From NCBI GenBank assembly GCA_963814035.1, contig CAWFBH010000002.1, positions 118,691-182,690 of the forward strand: a DNA stretch of 64,000 nt, written 5' to 3'. Of this stretch, positions 58,195 through 64,000 are shown one piece after another (the first letter of the stretch is position 1; every line of letters starts with the position of its first letter). Made by a program: the position numbers and the translations under genes. The notes beneath the pieces were generated by a model that worked only from the letters and a program-made list of their open reading frames with translations, ran no database searches and was not told the DNA's origin. Source of the stretch: an uncultured delta proteobacterium. GTDB taxonomy: Bacteria > Desulfobacterota > Binatia > Binatales > Binataceae.

Positions 58195-59499
58195 CTATGT
58201 TATCAGTTTGAGGTCCGAGAAGAGATGGCCCAGCTTTTCTTTCTTGGTGCGAAGATATCCGATGTTGCCTTTATGCGGTTCGACCTCGAGCGGGACCCGT
58301 GTCACGTTCACGCCGTACCGCCGGAGGCTGTCAATCTTATGAGGATTGTTGGTCAACAGGCGCACCTCGCCGATACCAAGGTCACGGACGATCTGCGCTC
58401 CGATACCGTAATCACGCAAGTCTTCCTCGAAGCCTAATTGCAGGTTGGCCTCGACGGTGTCGAGCCCGGTGTCCTGCAACGCGTAGGCGCGAATTTTGTT
58501 TCCCAACCCGATTCCGCGTCCCTCTTGATGCAAGTAAATAATCACACCAGATTCGGATGCCAGAATCCTTTCGATCGATTCTTCCAGTTGCTCACCGCAG
58601 TCGCATCGCGCCGACTCGAAAACGTCTCCGGTCAAGCACTCGGAATGCAGCCGCACCAGCGCCGGACGCCCTCCACCGACATTGCCCTTAATCAGTGCGA
58701 GATGCTCACGGCCATCGACAATATTTCTGAAGATGACAGCCTGGAAGTCGCCATTCTCGATTTGAAACGGCACGCTCGACACGCGCTGCACCAAAACCTC
58801 GTTGGTCAGGCGATGCGAGATCAGATCGCGAGTGAATACGATCGGCAGATCATGTTTCACGGCGAACTCGCGCAGCGTCGGCAGCGTCGCCATCTCCCCG
58901 TTCTCATCGAGAATCGCGCATAGCGCCGCGGCGGGCCGCAGCCCGGCACACTTCATCAGATCGACCGCGCCCTCGGCGCGCCCGAGCCGCATCATCACCC
59001 CACCGGTAAGCGCCATAAGCGGCAGGATATGACCTGGCATGACGATATCCGCGGTGGTTGACTTAGGATTTCCGATAACCCCGATGGTGCGTGCCCGATC
59101 GGCCGCCGAAATTCCGGTAGTGACGCCCTCGCGCGCCTCGACCAGAGCGCCCGCCTGTTCGGTGACGAGGCCAGTTTCGGTGGTTTGCGACAGCGGGATG
59201 CCGAGTTCACGCATCCTCTTCTCGGGGATGGCGATAGAAACGATGCCGCGCGCCTCTCGCGCCATAAAGTTAACGTGATCGGGAGTGACGAATTCGGCGC
59301 CCATCACGAGGTCGCCTTCGGCGGCATCGGATTCTTCGGGCACCATGACGACCATCTTGCCTTCGCGCAAACGGGCGAAGACCTCGTCGAATGAGGAACC
59401 GGGCATTAGCGCATTCTCCAGTCGGGCGATGATATCACCGCATTTCCAATCTAACCAGTGTTCGGTAATCGGCGCTGGTGGGGTCGCATTTCTTTCCAC
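58195..59499 (-). CDS. ribBA: RibBA-type fusion: DHBP synthase-like domain (degenerate) + GTP cyclohydrolase II
   Basis: [15 protein letters not shown] in the N-domain; [31 protein letters not shown] in the C-domain. True start probably near 59407. Confidence 0.92.
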   Translation of the reverse strand: MERNATPPAPITEHWLDWKCGDIIARLENALMPGSSFDEVFARLREGKMVVMVPEESDAAEGDLVMGAEFVTPDHVNFMAREARGIVSIAIPEKRMRELGIPLSQTTETGLVTEQAGALVEAREGVTTGISAADRARTIGVIGNPKSTTADIVMPGHILPLMALTGGVMMRLGRAEGAVDLMKCAGLRPAAALCAILDENGEMATLPTLREFAVKHDLPIVFTRDLISHRLTNEVLVQRVSSVPFQIENGDFQAVIFRNIVDGREHLALIKGNVGGGRPALVRLHSECLTGDVFESARCDCGEQLEESIERILASESGVIIYLHQEGRGIGLGNKIRAYALQDTGLDTVEANLQLGFEEDLRDYGIGAQIVRDLGIGEVRLLTNNPHKIDSLRRYGVNVTRVPLEVEPHKGNIGYLRTKKEKLGHLFSDLKLIT

Positions 59500-59711
59500 T
59501 CAGTGCGACTCATCGGGTCATGAGTCTCGATTTATTCTGCGCTCTAATGCCGATATTCAGCCGATCCAAGTAATGTTTAGAGAGTATTCCTCAGGTCGTG
59601 GATCGCTCGATTTTTCGCCCACGCTTCGCACCCCTCTCCCTCCGTCCTTCCCGGTTCGGGTTACGGCGGGCGGAATCTCACGATGAGGTTCGAGTCATTT
59701 CGCTGACCACG

Positions 59712-59878
59712 CGATGAATCTGGTTGGCATCATCAGGGGGCGATCCATAGACACGGCCAGTTGGAAGCTGACCTCAATGACATAGGGACATTTAGGTTGC
59801 CCCGTCCGTTGCCTGATGCTCCCGGCGACGGATCAGCGGTCCTCGCTCACTAACAGTGGCGAGGACCGCGTCTTTTTG
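59712..59878 (+). ncRNA. Possible structured small RNA
   Basis: Long-range pairing CATCAGG/CCTGATG and GGGCGA/TTGCCC around an inner hairpin, followed by a plus-strand terminator with no plus-strand ORF. Confidence 0.25.
59836..59878 (+). terminator. Intrinsic terminator
   Basis: GCGGTCCTCGC / GCGAGGACCGC 11-bp stem followed by GTCTTTTT. Confidence 0.75.
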
Positions 59879-59887
59879 CGGCTTGCC

Positions 59888-60742
59888 TTATGAGGGCTTC
59901 TTCATCTGAAAGGAAGGACCGGACCATTCATCCTCGAGGATGCCGCCGCTACCCTGATTGCCACCCGGGATTTGGCCGCCGAAGCCCGAAGTCGCGGCGC
60001 CATCGACGATCATCGCCTGCCCGCTGACAAATTCGGAATCGTCACTGGCGAGGAACAGCGCCATCGCGGCGATATCTTCCGGACGCCCGCTGCGCGGGTA
60101 CGGTTGGAACGCCTTGAACAGTTGCGTCGCGGTCTGCTCGCCGCCCGGGATGCGATTGTAGGTCAACGGCGTCGCAATCAAGCCGGGGCATATGCAGTTG
60201 ACGCGAATCTTGTCCTTCGCCAATTCGATCGCGGCCGATTTCGTCACGCTGATAACGCCCGCCTTCGCTGCGCCATAAGCGGTGATGCCAGGCGTGCCGC
60301 GCAGCCCCGCAATCGAGGCGGTCGAGATGATCGAGCCTCCGCCCGCCTTGCGCATCTCGGGCGCCGCGTACTTGATGCCGAGGAAAACCGCGCGCAGCAA
60401 AATCGAGAAGGTGCGATCCCAATTCTCCGCGGCGGTCTTTTCGATGGGGCCGGTCGCGCCGCCCAGGCCGGCGTTGTTGTAGATGATATCGAGCTTGCCG
60501 AATTCCTTGACCGCGCGATCGACGGCGCCTTTGATGTTCTCCTCGCTCGTCACGTCGGTGAGCTGGAAAACCGCGTTGCCGCCGTTCTCCTTGCAATCGC
60601 GTACCGCAGCGTCGCCGCCTTCCTTGTTAAGATCGGCGATAACGACACTGGCGCCTTCGCCCGCGAACCTGATGGCGGTGGCGCGTCCGATGCCGCTCGC
60701 CGCGCCGGTGATGACCGCAACTTTTTTATCTAGTCTGCCCAT
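59888..60742 (-). CDS. SDR family oxidoreductase
   Basis: TGAASGIG, NNAG, YGAAK, RVNCICPG. Confidence 0.94.
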   Translation of the reverse strand: MGRLDKKVAVITGAASGIGRATAIRFAGEGASVVIADLNKEGGDAAVRDCKENGGNAVFQLTDVTSEENIKGAVDRAVKEFGKLDIIYNNAGLGGATGPIEKTAAENWDRTFSILLRAVFLGIKYAAPEMRKAGGGSIISTASIAGLRGTPGITAYGAAKAGVISVTKSAAIELAKDKIRVNCICPGLIATPLTYNRIPGGEQTATQLFKAFQPYPRSGRPEDIAAMALFLASDDSEFVSGQAMIVDGAATSGFGGQIPGGNQGSGGILEDEWSGPSFQMKKPS

Positions 60743-60770
60743 GATGTTCTCTCCGAATTCTTCTCCGATT

Positions 60771-60808
60771 CCCCTTCCACTTTAGGGGAAGGGGTTGGGG
60801 GTTAGGTC
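60771..60808. repeat. Palindromic repeat abutting the cimA stop
   Basis: CCCCTTCC..GGAAGGGG-TTGGGGGTTAGGTC, same family as 1297 and 37760. Confidence 0.8.
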
Positions 60809-62481
60809 TATGCTTCGGTTTCCTTCGGCATCCCGCGCTTGCTCGATGCCTTGCCCTTCGCATCACCGTTCGCGGAAGCGGGCTTGATGCGCGGCTTTAG
60901 ATTGTCCTTGTGCAATTTGTATTCGACCGAATCGACGAGCGCCTGCCAACTCGCCTCGACGACGTTCGCGGACACTCCCACTGTGCTCCATCGCTTCTTG
61001 CCGTCAGTTGATTCAATTAGGACGCGCACGCGCGCGCCGGTCCCGCGCCCATTGTCGAGCACGCGCACCTTGTAGTCGGCGAGCTTCATGTTTTCCAGCG
61101 CCGGATAATAGGGCACCAGCGCGCTGCGCAACGCCGAATCGAGCGCATTGACGGGCCCGTTGCCGATCGCCGAGGTGCGCGAGCGCAGGCCGTCGGGACC
61201 TTCGATGATCACCACCGCCTCGCTGAACGGCGCCTGGTCCTCATGCCACTTGTCGTCGAAGACGCGGAAGCTCACGAAGTTAAAATGTTCGTGGGTCATG
61301 CCCAGTGTGCGGCGCATCAACAGCTCGAAGGAGGCATCGGCGCCCTCGAAGGTGTAGCCCTCGCTTTCGAGGCGCTTCACTTCCTCGAGCAGGTCGCCGA
61401 TTTTTTCATTATTCGGATCGATGTCGAGGCCGAGCTCCTTACTTTTGTACATGATGTTGGATTTGCCGGAGAGCTCCGACAAAACCACGTGGCGATCGTT
61501 GCCGACCAGCGCGGGATCGATGTGTTCGTAGGTGGTCGTATTGCGCAGGATCGCCGAGACGTGCAGCCCGCCCTTATGCGCGAAGGCATATCTGCCCACG
61601 AACGCCTGCCGACTTGCAGGAGTGATATTCGCCAGCTCGTAGACCAGCATCGAGACCTCGCGCAGCTCCTTCAGCTTCGCCGGCGGAACGCATTGGTAGC
61701 CCAGCTTGAGCTGAAGATCGGGGATGATCGAGATGAGGTTGGCATTACCACATCGTTCGCCGACCCCATTGATGGTGCCCTGCACCTGGGTGGCGCCGGC
61801 GCGCACGGCCGCGATGGTATTGGCGACTGCGACTTCCGAATCATTGTGGCAATGGATCGCGATTCGGCATTTGACCGCACCCAGCGCGGCACTCACCGCC
61901 TCCTCGATCTCTGCCGGGAGCCGGCCGCCGTTGGTATCGCACAGGCAGATGGTGTCGGCGCCGGATTCGTTCACGGTGCGAATGCAGTTCATCGCGTATT
62001 CGCGATTGTTGTAAAAGCCGTCGAAGAAATGTTCGGCGTCGAAGATGACTTCATCGACGTGCTTCTTCAAAAACGAAATCGTGTCGCTCAGAATGTCGAA
62101 ATTTTCCTCGAGCGGAATTCGCAGCGCCTCGCGCACGTGGAGATCCCAGGTCTTGCCGACTACGGTGGCGACCGGCGTGTCGGCTTTCAGCAGCAACTGG
62201 AGGTTGCGATCCTGCGAAGCCCTCACACCCGCGCGACGCGTCGAACCGAAAGCCGCGATCTTCGAATGCTTGAGGTGAGCTTTCTTGACCTCGATGAAAA
62301 AAGCGGCATCGCGATCGTTGGAGCCGGGCCATCCACCTTCGACGTAATCGATCCCGAGATCATCGAGGCGGCGCGCGATCTCAACTTTATCTTCGGTGGT
62401 GAGTGAAACATCTTCGGACTGACAACCATCGCGCAGCGTGGTGTCGTAAACTTCGATTTTTTTGGTCACAGCCATCGTCAT
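60808..62481 (-). CDS. cimA: Citramalate synthase (alpha-IPM synthase family)
   Basis: YDTTLRDGCQ, EGGWPGSN, FDAEHFFDG, HCHND, GERCGNANL, DYKVR, WSTVGVSANVVEASW. Confidence 0.9.
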   Translation of the reverse strand: MTMAVTKKIEVYDTTLRDGCQSEDVSLTTEDKVEIARRLDDLGIDYVEGGWPGSNDRDAAFFIEVKKAHLKHSKIAAFGSTRRAGVRASQDRNLQLLLKADTPVATVVGKTWDLHVREALRIPLEENFDILSDTISFLKKHVDEVIFDAEHFFDGFYNNREYAMNCIRTVNESGADTICLCDTNGGRLPAEIEEAVSAALGAVKCRIAIHCHNDSEVAVANTIAAVRAGATQVQGTINGVGERCGNANLISIIPDLQLKLGYQCVPPAKLKELREVSMLVYELANITPASRQAFVGRYAFAHKGGLHVSAILRNTTTYEHIDPALVGNDRHVVLSELSGKSNIMYKSKELGLDIDPNNEKIGDLLEEVKRLESEGYTFEGADASFELLMRRTLGMTHEHFNFVSFRVFDDKWHEDQAPFSEAVVIIEGPDGLRSRTSAIGNGPVNALDSALRSALVPYYPALENMKLADYKVRVLDNGRGTGARVRVLIESTDGKKRWSTVGVSANVVEASWQALVDSVEYKLHKDNLKPRIKPASANGDAKGKASSKRGMPKETEA

Positions 62482-63713
62482 TGAGACTCCGCAACGCCGT
62501 TGGCGCCGCTCAGGAACGTGTCGTGAAGAGCGCGCATGGCGAGTTCGCCATACTTCGAGTTGACTACTACCGAGACCTTAATCTCGGAGGTTGCAATCAT
62601 CTCGATATTAATTCGCTCCTCGGCGAGCACGCGGAACATGGTGGCTGCGACGCCCGCATGACTACGCATCCCAAGCCCGACGATGGAAACCTTCGCGACC
62701 GGATCCTCATGCCGGACGCCACCGATGCCGATTTCAGTACCGATCCTTTTCACGATGTCGAGCGCGCGCTTCAAATCGTCGCGCGTGACGGTGAAGGTCA
62801 TGTCGGTGCGCCCATCAGCGCTCGCGTTCTGAATAATCATGTCGACGATAATTCCCGCATCGGCGATGGGGCCGAAAATTTTGGCCGCCAGCCCGGGACG
62901 ATCCTCGACGCCCCCGATCGTAACCTTCGCCTGGTTCTGATCGAGCGTGACACCAGAAACGAGCACATCCTCCATGGTCGCATCCTCTTGTCCTACCCAG
63001 GTTCCGACTCCGTCGCCAAAGCTGGAGCGGACCACGAGTGGCACATTGAATCTTCGCGCGAGCTCGACCGAGCGCAGCTGCAGCACTTTGGCGCCGAGCC
63101 CCGCCATTTCGAGCATCTCATCATATGATATTCGATCAAGCTTCCTCGCAGTCGGAACGATATTCGGATCGGCGGTGTAAACACCATCGACATCGGTATA
63201 GATCTCGCAAAGGTCGGCCTTGAGCGCCGCCGCGAGCGCAACCGCGGTGAGGTCCGAGGCGCCGCGACCGAGCGTGGTGATATCGCCGCGCTCATCGATG
63301 CCCTGATAGCCGGCGACTACTGCAATCTTGCCTTCCTTGATCGCGCTGCTGAGGCGATTGGCTTCAACCGATTTAATCTTGGCGCGCCCATGATTGGAAT
63401 CGGTCGCGAGTTTCAGCTGATGAGCCAGGAACGACGCGCACGGGAAACCCAACGAATTCAGCCGGATTGCAAGCAGAGCCGCCGAGACCTGCTCGCCGGT
63501 GGCAACAAGGACATCGGTCTCGCGCGCATTGGGAGCCTCGCTCAGCTCACTCGCAAGCTTGAAAAGGCGATTGGTCTCGCCCGCCATCGCGGACACGACC
63601 ACCACAATACGATCGCCCCTTTTTTGCGAAGCGCACACGCGCTCGGCGACTGCCTTGATACGATCGACGGTACCGACGGAGGTACCGCCATATTTCTGGA
63701 CCACCAAACCCAT
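62478..63713 (-). CDS. lysC: Aspartate kinase
   Basis: VQKYGGTSV, VVSAM, TLGRGASD, YTDVDG, two ACT domains. Confidence 0.95.
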   Translation of the reverse strand: MGLVVQKYGGTSVGTVDRIKAVAERVCASQKRGDRIVVVVSAMAGETNRLFKLASELSEAPNARETDVLVATGEQVSAALLAIRLNSLGFPCASFLAHQLKLATDSNHGRAKIKSVEANRLSSAIKEGKIAVVAGYQGIDERGDITTLGRGASDLTAVALAAALKADLCEIYTDVDGVYTADPNIVPTARKLDRISYDEMLEMAGLGAKVLQLRSVELARRFNVPLVVRSSFGDGVGTWVGQEDATMEDVLVSGVTLDQNQAKVTIGGVEDRPGLAAKIFGPIADAGIIVDMIIQNASADGRTDMTFTVTRDDLKRALDIVKRIGTEIGIGGVRHEDPVAKVSIVGLGMRSHAGVAATMFRVLAEERINIEMIATSEIKVSVVVNSKYGELAMRALHDTFLSGANGVAESQ

Positions 63714-63801
63714 CGATGATGCCCTAAAAGCGAGAAATTACAGGTGATCAAGCATTATGATCGGAAACGGGGATGCAAACCAGAGGGCCCTAAAGACTAC
63801 C

Positions 63802-64000
63802 TCACTCAGTGGCAGGTGCCTTTTGGTTGTGGCGACGCGCCGCCCACCAAGAGAAGTACAAGACTCCATCAAGCGCCAGAAAACAGGTGAGACTCATTCT
63901 GCCCCCGAACCATAATGAGACAAGAAAGGCGATGAGAATGGGGATCTCTACAATGAGAAGCTGGGCCAATACCGGCTTGTGATAAACACCGAAATCTCTC
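63802..64000 (-). CDS. 3' end of a probable membrane protein (5' part outside window)
   Basis: Open frame RDFGVYHKPVLAQLLIVEIPILIAFLVSLWFGG..LALDGVLYFSWWAARRH..TE-stop(63802); two hydrophobic segments. Confidence 0.5.
   Translation of the reverse strand, partial: RDFGVYHKPVLAQLLIVEIPILIAFLVSLWFGGRMSLTCFLALDGVLYFSWWAARRHNQKAPATE

Noticed and set aside
59500-59700. FMN riboswitch upstream of ribBA
   Set aside because: Conserved FMN aptamer segments were not found on either strand.
63714-63801. Lysine riboswitch upstream of lysC
   Set aside because: Only 88 bp separate lysC from the upstream ORF end, too short, and no consensus is visible.

Overview
High-GC bacterial chromosomal window. The gene mix (many SDR, LLM and CoA-transferase enzymes, large cyclase-AAA proteins, Acidobacteria-type VWA protein) suggests a soil/sediment lineage such as Ca. 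Binatota; this is inference only. Left: coxE/moxR pair, a class III cyclase-AAA protein, an ABC-2 exporter, a Met/His-rich secreted protein, a GH26-like protein lacking both catalytic Glu, a Nudix hydrolase and recG. Upstream of recG is an accretion site: the 5' end of recG occurs three times, and each extra stub caps a different type II toxin-antitoxin pair (BrnT/BrnA, HicA/HicB). A decayed SIR2-domain gene and a second BrnT/BrnA follow. Middle: a compact signalling operon (membrane double-FHA protein, zinc-ribbon membrane protein, Ser/Thr kinase, PHP phosphoesterase). Its kinase lacks the canonical beta3 lysine but has a lysine in the glycine-rich loop, the arrangement known from eukaryotic WNK kinases. 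Then a ClC transporter, an IS256 element with a 9-bp target duplication, mntP, unknown secreted paralogs, a TPR-sulfotransferase and the imuA-imuB-dnaE2 cassette. Right: catabolic genes, a second cyclase-AAA-TPR, a CPA2 antiporter and housekeeping genes (rpsT, holA, lptE, nusB, ribBA, cimA, lysC). Short palindromic repeats recur, one nested inside another and some inside coding sequence. About a dozen single-base frameshifts between 6.7 and 42.5 kb, many at homopolymers, may be long-read errors rather than true pseudogenes. No tRNA, rRNA or CRISPR array was recognised.
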